DNA from: a virus | Taxonomy: Duplodnaviria; Caudoviricetes | Direction: 5' to 3' (one strand) | DNA length: 64,000 nt | IMG/VR virus record: IMGVR_UViG_3300037189_030782 | Shown: piece after piece, positions 34,698 through 44,086 of the stretch | Position numbering within the stretch: position 1 is the first letter of the stretch | Layout of the letters: each line of letters starts with the position of its first letter | Translations under genes and position numbers: made by a program | The notes under the pieces: generated by a model | What the model saw: only the letters and a program-made list of their open reading frames with translations | Database searches by the model: none | What the model was told of the DNA's origin: nothing

Positions 34698-35741
34698 TCA
34701 AACCCACCAAGAATTTTGCAATGTCCAAGAAACTATCTTCTCAAGACCTTCTTGGAACTCTATGGGAGGCTCCCAACCAGCCTTTTTTAACTTTGACCCA
34801 TCTAGGGCATATCTTCTATCATAGCCTCTTCTAACGGACTCTGAGGGGGTTAAACGGTATTTCAAGGGCTTATCCATGATTTTTGAAACCAAAAAAGCTA
34901 ATTCCAAATTATTGAGCTCAATATCTCCCACCACGTTGTATCTATCTGGGAGGGTGTCACCATTTTCATATTTTGAAATAGCTCTATTTGCCAGCCAAAT
35001 AAAGATGTCCGCATGATTTTCAGCATGGAGGTAAAATCGACTACCAATTTTGTATTGGCCGTTTCCCACATTATCAGCGTAAATTTCCAACTCTTGGTTC
35101 GTTGCAATTTTCCAAATAATCTTAGGAAGAAACTTTTCTTTATCTTGCCATACACCAATAGTGTTCATGCAATTTGTCAACACAACAGGAACGTCATAAG
35201 TTCTCCAATAAGATATAGCAAGTGCTTCTTGAGCGGCTTTTGAAGCAGCGTAAGGATTCGATGGAACTATAACGTCCCACTCAGGATGAGAATAGCTATC
35301 GGGGCAATCGCCATAAACTTCATCCGTAGATACTTGAAAAAATATACTTGGTTTTATTTTTCTTGCTAATTCAAGCATGTTAATTGCTATTTCGCAATTA
35401 TTTGTCCAGCAATCTTTTGGATTTGTTATAGAACGTTCAACGGCAGAATCAGAAGCCATATTAATTATATAATCGATTCTTTGTTGTCTTAGATAACCTC
35501 TTTGGTCTATTGTTCTGCTTAGAATTCTGTTCTCTAAAACTTCGTCAATGGGCACAGACAAGTCATGCTTAATTAGCAAAAAGCGATTTGGATCTATATC
35601 TAATTCGTTAAGCCTTGAGTAGGTGCCTTTATGTCGAAATGAATCTAATGCGACAATAAACCAATCTGTTTTTTCTAAAAAGTATTTAACACAATGTGCA
35701 CCTATAAAACCACTAGCACCTGTGAGCAAAACACGTTTCAT
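34698..35741 (-). CDS. NAD-dependent nucleotide-sugar dehydratase (dTDP-glucose 4,6-dehydratase/RmlB-like)
   Basis: TGASGFIG, STDEVYG, YAASKAA, DRRYALD. Confidence 0.88.
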   Translation of the reverse strand: MKRVLLTGASGFIGAHCVKYFLEKTDWFIVALDSFRHKGTYSRLNELDIDPNRFLLIKHDLSVPIDEVLENRILSRTIDQRGYLRQQRIDYIINMASDSAVERSITNPKDCWTNNCEIAINMLELARKIKPSIFFQVSTDEVYGDCPDSYSHPEWDVIVPSNPYAASKAAQEALAISYWRTYDVPVVLTNCMNTIGVWQDKEKFLPKIIWKIATNQELEIYADNVGNGQYKIGSRFYLHAENHADIFIWLANRAISKYENGDTLPDRYNVVGDIELNNLELAFLVSKIMDKPLKYRLTPSESVRRGYDRRYALDGSKLKKAGWEPPIEFQEGLEKIVSWTLQNSWWV

Positions 35742-36046
35742 TACAATGCACCCTTTAGAGAATCCTTTGTTTGAAGTCCAACAAATCTAGCTAATTCTTT
35801 AGAGTTCTTCAAGAAAAGATAAGTTGGAAGAACAACTATAGAATAACTTTTACAAAAGGTTTGGTTCTCTTCTGTGTTGACCCTGTACACCTTTATTGAA
35901 GGGTTCTCTTCTTGAAACTCTTCTAAATGTTTTACATCAAAACATGGGCCACACCAAGATGACCAAAATTGCAGCAAAACCAAGATACCGCCTTCTTGAT
36001 CTGTCAAAAAAGATGATTCGTCAAAAGATTTTAGTTCCACAAACAA
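35741..36046 (-). CDS. trxA: Thioredoxin
   Basis: FWSSWCGPC active site; LPTYLFLKN. Confidence 0.85.
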   Translation of the reverse strand: MFVELKSFDESSFLTDQEGGILVLLQFWSSWCGPCFDVKHLEEFQEENPSIKVYRVNTEENQTFCKSYSIVVLPTYLFLKNSKELARFVGLQTKDSLKGAL

Positions 36047-36675
36047 TTTACCCCAAAAATTTTCTGCTTTGGCTCTTTTTCAGGAAAACGCAACAACTCA
36101 CAAACTTTTTTTTGGTCACAATTTTTAAATTCTTCGAACCAACCATGTTTTTCTATAGAAACACTCGTAACAGGCATTTTACCAACAAACTCAGTAAAAC
36201 CAAACATAAAACGCATTATAGCATTTTTTGTATTCCTAATATACTGATTTTCTTTGTAGTCACTAAAAAATAAACAATCATCAAAGTTCTTTTTATCTAT
36301 GCAATAGTTGGCACCAGACCTTAGAAGTATTGTCAACAAAGAACGTTTAATTCTACATTTTTTCCAAAACTTTGAAGGTTGAACCCATAAAACACTTGGA
36401 TTATTTGTTTTGATAAATTGTGTTTTTTTTCTTTTCTTTTCATAAACATCAAAAACAATATCTTCAAAGGTGTGAAAAAATTCACAGACAGATTCGCCCT
36501 TATTTGCCGCATGAGAGAAAAAGAATCCTTTTAATTTTTCTGTGAACTTTACAGCAAACTGCTCCCGACAATGATCCCATTTTACGAGTGACGGAAACTC
36601 TGCCTCTAAAGCAAAGCTGCCGATGGGTGGCACACCATAATATTGTTTTAGCTCTTTTATGGAACTAGATTTCAT
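36031..36675 (-). CDS. Hypothetical protein, paralogue of 61612..62187
   Basis: Shared blocks GSFA, W.xCR, FFFSH, RSL.TILLRS, AI.RF..GFT. Confidence 0.7.
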   Translation of the reverse strand: MKSSSIKELKQYYGVPPIGSFALEAEFPSLVKWDHCREQFAVKFTEKLKGFFFSHAANKGESVCEFFHTFEDIVFDVYEKKRKKTQFIKTNNPSVLWVQPSKFWKKCRIKRSLLTILLRSGANYCIDKKNFDDCLFFSDYKENQYIRNTKNAIMRFMFGFTEFVGKMPVTSVSIEKHGWFEEFKNCDQKKVCELLRFPEKEPKQKIFGVNCLWN

Positions 36676-36679
36676 AATT

Positions 36680-37249
36680 CTACTTATTCAAGGACTTAAA
36701 CCAATCTAAATAATTATTTGTTTCACTCAGAAATTTGTCTTCCCAAATTTTTGAAAGCTCAGAAGCTTTGAACTCTTTTTGATTAAAAAAATATTCGCAA
36801 GAAAAAAACCTATCTTCTAAACTTTGTTCTGGGTCTAGGGTGTCAAATAGTTTTTTTTTGAAAAAATCAGAACCATTTAAAAACCAAAACTCATAACAAC
36901 AAACAAAAATTTCCCACGCAGAAATAATAACGTTTTTTCTTTCTAAGACTGGAGTGAAGTTCATATTTCTTGTCCAGCTAAAAAAGAAATCCTCATATTC
37001 AGACCAATTTTTTTCATAAGAAAATCGACACTCAAAAAGATTTGATAAACTTTGCTTAGAAGCAGAGCAAGAAGTATGTCTCAATTCAATTAAATGATGA
37101 CCCGGATGGTGGTTATTTGTAATCCATTTTGTTGAAAGGACAAAAAGCTTTTGAGTTCCCAACTCTCTCAAAATAACTACTCCATCAGAATGACGAACAA
37201 TAGGAAAAGACAATCCATGTCTAAGTAGATACTCATCTATAATATTCAT
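36680..37249 (-). CDS. Hypothetical protein
   Basis: Operonic ORF. Confidence 0.55.
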   Translation of the reverse strand: MNIIDEYLLRHGLSFPIVRHSDGVVILRELGTQKLFVLSTKWITNNHHPGHHLIELRHTSCSASKQSLSNLFECRFSYEKNWSEYEDFFFSWTRNMNFTPVLERKNVIISAWEIFVCCYEFWFLNGSDFFKKKLFDTLDPEQSLEDRFFSCEYFFNQKEFKASELSKIWEDKFLSETNNYLDWFKSLNK

Positions 37250-37464
37250 TTAGAAAATTCTTGTTCTGTTTGGTAGATGTCCTGTGATGTTACCCATTTT
37301 CTTTCGGTATCACACCAAACTATAGGAAAAAGTCTCGGGACGCAATCAAGTATGTCAAATAGTTCAACATCATTTTTTGCTCTCTCGACAGATCTATGGA
37401 AAATTAAAGGATGAAGTGTATAATATCTTTCCTTTAAACTTTTAACTATACTTTTTGATATCAT
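37246..37464 (-). CDS. Hypothetical protein
   Basis: Operonic ORF with ATGA-type coupling. Confidence 0.6.
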   Translation of the reverse strand: MISKSIVKSLKERYYTLHPLIFHRSVERAKNDVELFDILDCVPRLFPIVWCDTERKWVTSQDIYQTEQEFSK

Positions 37465-37466
37465 TT

Positions 37467-37718
37467 TTAGTTATGTAATTTATAATAACGCCATAGGGCA
37501 CAAAAAATCACCCCACCAATAATTGACATCAAAAAACCAGCCGGTCTTACGACATCTCCACTCGACAATAAATAGTTTATAAATCCACCTAAAAAAGAAC
37601 CAGCAATGCCAACTAAGAGCGTCGATGCAAAACCAAGTGATTCTTCGCCGGGATGTGTGTATTTTGCTACTAAACCAACTATTAAACCAAATATTATCCA
37701 ACCCAATAAGTGAAACAT
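37467..37718 (-). CDS. GlsB/YeaQ/YmgE (transglycosylase-associated) membrane protein
   Basis: WIIFGLIVGLVAK..HPG...TLLVGIAGSFLGGFI...SIIGGVI. Confidence 0.9.
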   Translation of the reverse strand: MFHLLGWIIFGLIVGLVAKYTHPGEESLGFASTLLVGIAGSFLGGFINYLLSSGDVVRPAGFLMSIIGGVIFCALWRYYKLHN

Positions 37719-37729
37719 AAAATCTCCTT

Positions 37730-38644
37730 TTAATTCTTGACACTTTTAACTTCGAAATATGAATTGGGAACTTTATCTTGAAATAAGTCTTTTGAAAAAT
37801 CTCTATAATACATTAAGTACTTTTTTTCAAAATCTTCTAAATTTTCATAGCCATAAGAATCCTTTAGAGCTAAAGAGAGATCTTTACTTTGCAAAAGACT
37901 TAAAAAATAGTGAAGTTTAGATTCACCAAATTCTTTTCTCAGCATCATGCAAAGAACAATAGATTGTGAATCAAAACAATCTTTCTTGCTGCTCGGCATA
38001 GCTTGATACCCTTTAATATCGGTGCTAAGTAATTCTTTGCAACTAAGAAGCGAAACATTTTTATATTCATTCTTTTCAAAAACTTCTGCTGCATTTTTAA
38101 AACTGCTTTTAGAGGAAGAATTTATAAGTTCCGCTGATCTTAAAAACCAGAAAGGTATGACATAGCTACTCTGCTCTGAAAAATCAGAAAAACCCACCCT
38201 CGTAAGAGACTGCGGCAAAAAAGGAGTGGTTCGTGTTTCATCTAAAACAAACCACATGGCCATTATCTCCGTCTTGCCATCTTTGTCTTTTCTTATTTCT
38301 ACCTTTGGCGAATCTAAACCAAATAACTTTTTAAGAAGAGAATTGTTTGGGACACAAAATATCCTGCATTCTTTTGATAATTTTTTTGGTGTGAATCCCC
38401 ATCTTGAAACGCACCATTCATTCAAATTTGGTACATTTTTACAAAGCCAGAGGCCTTGAGAGTCATCTATGCTCAAAATTACAAAGTTTTTATTGACGTA
38501 TCTATTCCACTCTAAAGAACGTAATTCAGGATCAGAAGTTTCCGCAGTCGTTACAGGAACATCTGCTGGAAATATCAAATCGTCAGCAAATAAAAAAGAA
38601 GAACTGACAATAAAACAAAATATTAAAAATGTAATTTTGAACAT
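37730..38644 (-). CDS. Secreted hypothetical protein, possibly degenerate peptidase-MA-like
   Basis: Signal peptide; P.WF..A...F.SQS..L...L pattern but no HExxH. Confidence 0.5.
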   Translation of the reverse strand: MFKITFLIFCFIVSSSFLFADDLIFPADVPVTTAETSDPELRSLEWNRYVNKNFVILSIDDSQGLWLCKNVPNLNEWCVSRWGFTPKKLSKECRIFCVPNNSLLKKLFGLDSPKVEIRKDKDGKTEIMAMWFVLDETRTTPFLPQSLTRVGFSDFSEQSSYVIPFWFLRSAELINSSSKSSFKNAAEVFEKNEYKNVSLLSCKELLSTDIKGYQAMPSSKKDCFDSQSIVLCMMLRKEFGESKLHYFLSLLQSKDLSLALKDSYGYENLEDFEKKYLMYYRDFSKDLFQDKVPNSYFEVKSVKN

Positions 38645-38651
38645 AATATCC

Positions 38652-38942
38652 TCAAATTAAGTTTTGCAAGCTTTCCATGTGTATAGGATTTCTTCTAGAG
38701 CCCCAATTGATTTCTCGTAAGTAATCTTGCACTGCACCCTTTATTCTACAGAATGCGAACGCCTGAAAACAGTCATTTTTTTTAAAGTCATATTTATTTG
38801 CTGCTTGCACTAATCCAAAATAAGCAGCGGATTGAAGATCCTCATAATGTATATGCGATAAAAATCTCTTTTTACTCAATGCTACTCTATTTGCAAATTC
38901 TAGATTAGATAAAATTAGTTGTTTTTTAAGTTCTTCAGTCAT
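38652..38942 (-). CDS. Sigma70 region-2-only protein (FliA/WhiG-like fragment)
   Basis: LILSNLEFA...EDLQSAAYFGLVQAANKYD...FAFCRIKGAVQDYLR; stops at 96 aa. Confidence 0.8.
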   Translation of the reverse strand: MTEELKKQLILSNLEFANRVALSKKRFLSHIHYEDLQSAAYFGLVQAANKYDFKKNDCFQAFAFCRIKGAVQDYLREINWGSRRNPIHMESLQNLI

Positions 38943-39007
38943 AGTTAAAATTCCTTATAGTTAGTTAAATAGTTAAAATTTAGTTAATGTATTTATCGTT
39001 TTAAACT

Positions 39008-39952
39008 CTAATTTTTTGTTAAAAATTCAAGCTTTTTTTCTGCTTGTTCCTTGTGTTTTTTACCTCCATATCTGATTAATCTCTGTAAGAACCAAATTCT
39101 TGTATCATGTAAATCACTTGAAAAAATAAAAAAAGTTTCTGGGGTATGGCCTAAGCCTAAAAAACAAAGAACCTCATCAATTGACTCACAATCCAATAAA
39201 TTGTCAGGAATATCTTTATCTTTACAGTTTTCTATAAAAGTTAAAAATAAATAGATCCATGATTTTATGTCCCTTGAATCTAGTGTGCCTTCAGGATATC
39301 TAAGTTCTATAGTTTTTCTTTTTGCAATGCCGACTATAGAACGCATATAATTTACTAAATTCAAAGAGACCCTTCTCTCTTCGTTCTCATAAACATTCAA
39401 ATTGGATGGTGCAAGAAAAGAAAAAACATCTTCTGGTTTTCTTTTTTTATCACGATCAAGGCCTATAGTGCCTGACAATCTTCTACAGTATTTATTATTT
39501 ATTCTGGAGCTGGGTAGTGAATTTTCTATCCAAGTCTCAATCTTAAGCCAATAAGATAATATTGTGCCAATGGCTTTTATATCTAGATCTTTAACATCAG
39601 CATGAATGTGTGTGCCACAATTTTGATTTGACCTACATCCAGCATCGTATAAAAAACTAGCTATACCTGCTATGTGATTGATGTCCTTGCTACCTTGGGC
39701 AACATAAGATGCAACCTCTACTCCCTTGGGACCTCTCCTACCTAGAATGCCGCAAGTAGCATCATCTTTGACATGCCAAAAATTATTGTTTGAGCTTAAT
39801 TGATATTTTGTAACCTCAACGGGAACTTTTGAAGCTACCTTAATCAAATTTTTTATTTTATTCTTGGGAATAAAACTACCCATTTCTAACTCTACGCCAA
39901 AATTTCTTTCAATATCAAATTTTTTGTAAGCTACATTAACTTTTTCATTCAT
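39008..39952 (-). CDS. Putative amidoligase (Amidoligase_2, COOH-NH2 ligase family)
   Basis: FGVELEM, WHVKDDATC, GVEVAS, NCGTHIH, LNL, TIELR..EGTLD. Start at the TAATG overlap. Confidence 0.85.
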   Translation of the reverse strand: MNEKVNVAYKKFDIERNFGVELEMGSFIPKNKIKNLIKVASKVPVEVTKYQLSSNNNFWHVKDDATCGILGRRGPKGVEVASYVAQGSKDINHIAGIASFLYDAGCRSNQNCGTHIHADVKDLDIKAIGTILSYWLKIETWIENSLPSSRINNKYCRRLSGTIGLDRDKKRKPEDVFSFLAPSNLNVYENEERRVSLNLVNYMRSIVGIAKRKTIELRYPEGTLDSRDIKSWIYLFLTFIENCKDKDIPDNLLDCESIDEVLCFLGLGHTPETFFIFSSDLHDTRIWFLQRLIRYGGKKHKEQAEKKLEFLTKN

Positions 39953-40236
39953 TAAAAATCGCCTTGTTGCTGTGCCAACCGACGAGACGCTTCTTGTATT
40001 TCTTCTTCGTACTTCTGATCCCAAGTTTTAGGGTATTCTTCAACTGGTTGTTTCTGATCTGGAGGTTCTATGTTGATTTCTAATAAACTAGAGATTAATT
40101 CAGTTAAATCCCTTCGGAATCTAACTAAAAATGCGCCCATGTAAAAAGTAAGAACTAGATTAATTATAATTAAAACTAAATTTGAAGCAAATAAAATGTA
40201 AATAATATTCATGTTTTTATCAAGCTGGGTTTCCAT
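39952..40236 (-). CDS. Small membrane protein
   Basis: N-terminal TM helix. Confidence 0.6.
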   Translation of the reverse strand: METQLDKNMNIIYILFASNLVLIIINLVLTFYMGAFLVRFRRDLTELISSLLEINIEPPDQKQPVEEYPKTWDQKYEEEIQEASRRLAQQQGDF

Positions 40237-40265
40237 ATTCTATTATAGAAAAGAACTATTAAAAA

Positions 40266-42065
40266 CTATCCAAAAATAGAAGAAATATCTTTTCTATTGG
40301 TAGCAGTTAGATTTGAATTTTTAGAGAGCCTAAACTTAAGACTTGGCTTTGCTCGCCATTTAGAAGGTTTAAATAAACCAATTTCATCATATAGAATTAT
40401 CTCACTAGAAACACTCTTAAATTTATCAAATACATTCTTGGTAACTGTGTTTAAAGTGAATGGAAAATCTATACTCATATTATTAATTTTTTCACATAAT
40501 ATAGAAGAAGAAAAAGTGATACAAATTCTTGAATCCAAAGTCACCCCGGTAACAAGATCAGTCTTCGATAAGAGCAAGGCAAATTTCCAAAATGGATTTG
40601 TAACGAAGTCAGCTTCCTTATTTGTGCAAGACCAAGTTAAAACGATGTTCCATCTTTCTTTATTGACCATTCCAAGACCCACTAAATGCTGATTAGCGGA
40701 CCATGAGGATAAGTTCTTACTATAGTGCATTGTCAAATAAGTAGGCAGAGTTAGCTTATTTCCAACTAAGAAGGTAGATAAAACACCTATATCGGACAAG
40801 TTGTGATAAGTATAAAGTATTGAAGGCATAGCCGTGCAAGAACCACAGAATGTTCTAACTGTGGGTGTGACAGGCACAAGCTCAGGAAGTGATTTAGAAG
40901 ATAGTATGGCATCTAATTTTTCGACTGTGACCTTTGAATACATAGATACCGACAAATCTCTAGACCAATCAGAAGTCACCGCAGCAGATCCACCTGTTGT
41001 ATTTACAGATCTTATAGATGCTGATATAATTTGATCTTCAATATATTCTTGTGCGTTTAGTCCTGCTAGTCCAAACTCCATGTTTGAAATAGCAATATAG
41101 TGATATTCTGCCTTACTTGGTATTTCAAAATCTGTATTTATTACAGCTTCACCACCAACAGTGTCAGAAACCTGTAGTTCTCCAAGTTCATCTAAACCAC
41201 CAACGTATTGATAAATTTGACCTGCCGTGGATTCATATATTGAAACGCCCATTTTGGTTTTAACCAATAAGTCATCCTTAAGAGCAATCTCAATACATTC
41301 TGGCAAGTCTGCAAAAGGCACCGATGTGAGCGTATTGCATTCATCGGTGACGAGTGTTGGATCTGCGGGCTTGCTAAAGACCTTAATACTACAAATTTGC
41401 CACTTCATTCCGCTTTCTTTTAAGATCACACAAACTTCACTAAGGCTTCTTGCAAGTATGTTTTGTATAAATTGCTGCTTTCCCAGTCCTCCTACACATT
41501 TTTGGTCATCTGTCTGAAGACCTATAATATCACAACCACCAGGAAAAGGCTCAGACAAAGAGCCTGATCCAATTGCGGTTGGCCACTTGCAACAACCTTG
41601 TACTCTATACCATCTCAGAACTCCTTGACCAACATTCCAATTAAAGTTTGATGATATCAGAACATTTGCAGAAACATTCCATAAAATATCTTGCTCAAAA
41701 GATATGTAATTAACTACAACATCTCCAAGAGCTTCTCCAGATTCTATGCCGCTTAAAGAAACACTTGTTTTGAGTTTTTGTGATCCAAAACTTTGTTGAG
41801 AAGGCACTCCTTCTAAGTAAACAAGAGCTGTATTGGATTGCACTACAAGATTGCCAAAAGCTTCAGAACTACTTGTAGCAGTGAGCAGAATGTTATCTTC
41901 TACTCCAGCAATTATTTCGCCTGTTTCTGTGAGAAGAAACTCCGTTGTTTCTAATGTAATTGGGTCTTGTAAGTAGACAGGTTCATTCAATATTATTTGA
42001 CCGCTAACTGAAGGCGAGTCAAATAATATCAAATCATCTAATTCTGTTACAAGACTACTAGACAT
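40266..42065 (-). CDS. Hypothetical, probably virion structural protein (599 aa)
   Basis: Acidic, S/T/V-rich; three N-terminal S.EAFG-type repeats. Confidence 0.5.
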   Translation of the reverse strand: MSSSLVTELDDLILFDSPSVSGQIILNEPVYLQDPITLETTEFLLTETGEIIAGVEDNILLTATSSSEAFGNLVVQSNTALVYLEGVPSQQSFGSQKLKTSVSLSGIESGEALGDVVVNYISFEQDILWNVSANVLISSNFNWNVGQGVLRWYRVQGCCKWPTAIGSGSLSEPFPGGCDIIGLQTDDQKCVGGLGKQQFIQNILARSLSEVCVILKESGMKWQICSIKVFSKPADPTLVTDECNTLTSVPFADLPECIEIALKDDLLVKTKMGVSIYESTAGQIYQYVGGLDELGELQVSDTVGGEAVINTDFEIPSKAEYHYIAISNMEFGLAGLNAQEYIEDQIISASIRSVNTTGGSAAVTSDWSRDLSVSMYSKVTVEKLDAILSSKSLPELVPVTPTVRTFCGSCTAMPSILYTYHNLSDIGVLSTFLVGNKLTLPTYLTMHYSKNLSSWSANQHLVGLGMVNKERWNIVLTWSCTNKEADFVTNPFWKFALLLSKTDLVTGVTLDSRICITFSSSILCEKINNMSIDFPFTLNTVTKNVFDKFKSVSSEIILYDEIGLFKPSKWRAKPSLKFRLSKNSNLTATNRKDISSIFG

Positions 42066-42066
42066 T

Positions 42067-42771
42067 TTACCCTTCTAGCTTTTCCAAAATAGAAGCTATT
42101 AAAGGATGTCTAACTATTGAACTAGATTTAAAGTAAACGACTCCAACTCCATTTAAAGTCTCTAGCTTTTTGACCACATGCATTAATCCTTGTTGCCTCT
42201 CAGGAATATCACTTTGGTTGGGATCCCCAGTAATAATTACCTTACTGTTCTTGCCAAATCTGGTTATAAAGAGTTTAATTTGTGATAAAGTTGCATTTTG
42301 CGCCTCATCAAATATACAAATAGAATTGTGAAAAGTTCTTCCTCTGAGGTAAGCCAGTGGTGCAACTTCAATTGATTTATTTATAATTTCTCTTTGTGGA
42401 CCATCTTTTCCCAAACACCTGTCTATACAGTCGTACATAGGCATCATGTAAGGACTTACTTTTTCCTCAAAAGAACCAGGAAGATAACCCAAAGATTCCC
42501 CTGCTTCTACTATCGGCCTAGTCAAAATTATTCTTTCTTTTTTCTTAGCAAGAACCTCACTTATACTGAATGCACAGGCCAGTTGAGTCTTGCCAACCCC
42601 AGCTGGGCCCAATAAAAAAAGTACATCGTATTGATCAAACATACTCCAAGCAAGTTTTTGTGCTTGGTTAAAAAATTCAAAATGGAAAGTCTGTGGCTGC
42701 TTTTTTAGAGGCTGCTCTTGCTTAACCTCAGTTCTTTGTTTAGATCTATTGTGTCTTTGCTTTTTTCTCAT
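42067..42771 (-). CDS. phoH: PhoH-like ATPase
   Basis: GPAGVGKT, LTRPIVEAGESLGYLPG, PLAYLRGRTF, DEAQN, TGDPNQSD, VRHPLI. Confidence 0.95.
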   Translation of the reverse strand: MRKKQRHNRSKQRTEVKQEQPLKKQPQTFHFEFFNQAQKLAWSMFDQYDVLFLLGPAGVGKTQLACAFSISEVLAKKKERIILTRPIVEAGESLGYLPGSFEEKVSPYMMPMYDCIDRCLGKDGPQREIINKSIEVAPLAYLRGRTFHNSICIFDEAQNATLSQIKLFITRFGKNSKVIITGDPNQSDIPERQQGLMHVVKKLETLNGVGVVYFKSSSIVRHPLIASILEKLEG

Positions 42772-43643
42772 TCTGTTCCTTTAGTAATTTGTTGATAACC
42801 TGGAAATTTATTCTGAACAGCAATTTGTATTTGCTGTGGCGTTAAGCCTCTTCTTGTTAACATATCGATCATTTGTTCTGGTGAGCTGAAATCTTTTGCC
42901 TTGGCCTTCTGCTGTTCGAGTTCGGCTTTTTTTCTTTGTTCAACAGACCTATTTGATGACGCAACCAATCTTTCTTCATTGTTTCTAATTGATTTCGGTA
43001 TTGTCTCCTCAGTTCTTCCCATCTTGTCAGACCACATTAGGATCAATAACAATTTAATTTTTTGACTATTAATTACCTTGCCATCAACAAAATGTTCTTT
43101 AACGAATGCATTAGAAAAACCATCAGAATTCATCAAATCCATATGGTGGTCAATTAAAAAATTTATAAGATCCTTATTCTTAATGTATAGGTCTTTGGTT
43201 GATTCAGGCGCTAAGTCCTTCAACCTATTAATTTGTGGCATATAGTGCCTTGGCTCATCATGCCCAATTGATTTTATTTTCCCACTATCCATTTGGTACA
43301 TAACATCCATTTGACGGAGATAATTAAAATTAATGCCTCCAACTGTAGTAGCAGTTGATTTACCTATGTCATGAAGCCAAGCAGCCAAATAAAGAATTTG
43401 TTTCTCTAAAGGTGTGACATCAAAACTTATATCGGAAAGAATATGTGTGAATGGCTCTCTATTTTTTAGAACTTTTAACGTAGCAATTGCTTTGGGCACT
43501 GCTTTTCTTACCAATTGTATGTGTACTAAAGCGTTGCCCTCTGGATGATGGGTTGGATCCTGCGGGACATCTTTCAATAAATCTACGTAAGCTTTAGCTA
43601 AAGACTTGCTGTCTTCTAGTAAAATCCAGTCTTTGAAATTCAT
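42768..43643 (-). CDS. HD-domain phosphohydrolase with capsid-targeting-like N-terminus
   Basis: QDPTHHPEG.ALVH, AAWLHDIGK, HHM, D.MGR; start MNFKDWILLE. Confidence 0.8.
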   Translation of the reverse strand: MNFKDWILLEDSKSLAKAYVDLLKDVPQDPTHHPEGNALVHIQLVRKAVPKAIATLKVLKNREPFTHILSDISFDVTPLEKQILYLAAWLHDIGKSTATTVGGINFNYLRQMDVMYQMDSGKIKSIGHDEPRHYMPQINRLKDLAPESTKDLYIKNKDLINFLIDHHMDLMNSDGFSNAFVKEHFVDGKVINSQKIKLLLILMWSDKMGRTEETIPKSIRNNEERLVASSNRSVEQRKKAELEQQKAKAKDFSSPEQMIDMLTRRGLTPQQIQIAVQNKFPGYQQITKGTE

Positions 43644-43693
43644 ACATTTTGTCCTTTATTGAGAGCCTATCTATATTTACACAGAAAAGGAAC

Positions 43694-43726
43694 AAAAAAA
43701 GACCCAATATTAGATATTGGGTCTTT
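43694..43726 (-). terminator. Rho-independent terminator
   Basis: 13-bp stem aaagacccaatat / atattgggtcttt followed by U7 on the - strand. Confidence 0.8.
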
Positions 43727-43814
43727 AAAAAGAAGTAGATTCGCAAACTTGGCTTTTTTAAAAACTAAGTTTCAAGATAAATCATGAAACTTACGAAATT
43801 ATCCTTTTTTGAAT

Positions 43815-44028
43815 CACGGTTAAAAGATTGTCTGCTCTTTTGGGCTTTCCGTTTTTTTAAAGAGATTTCGTCACTTTTTTATGCTTGCGCAGCACAACAG
43901 CGTCTATGAACTGGTGGAACCATAGATTTCCATTCCTTTGTCGTAGGATTAATTCGTTGCAAAGGTTTTATAGCCGAAGCAATCAGCTATCGAAATTAAG
44001 GCCTTCGAAGCCTCCCTTTAGGGCCGTG
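43815..44028 (-). ncRNA. Candidate structured non-coding RNA, family unknown
   Basis: TATAAT at 44039-44034, nested long-range stems, GNRA hairpin, terminator downstream, no long ORF. Confidence 0.45.
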
Positions 44029-44074
44029 AACAAATTATAATAGCTAAATTATTTTAAATTTTCATTGTAGCAAA

Positions 44075-44082
44075 TATAAATA
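44075..44082 (+). promoter_or_regulatory. T4-late-promoter consensus TATAAATA
   Basis: Exact match 4 nt upstream of ATG 44087. Confidence 0.55.
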
Positions 44083-44086
44083 AAGA

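Noticed and set aside
43815-44028. tmRNA, RNase P RNA or hammerhead ribozyme
   Set aside because: No tRNA-like ends with terminal CCA or tag frame, no GAGGAAAGUCC, and no CUGAUGA core.
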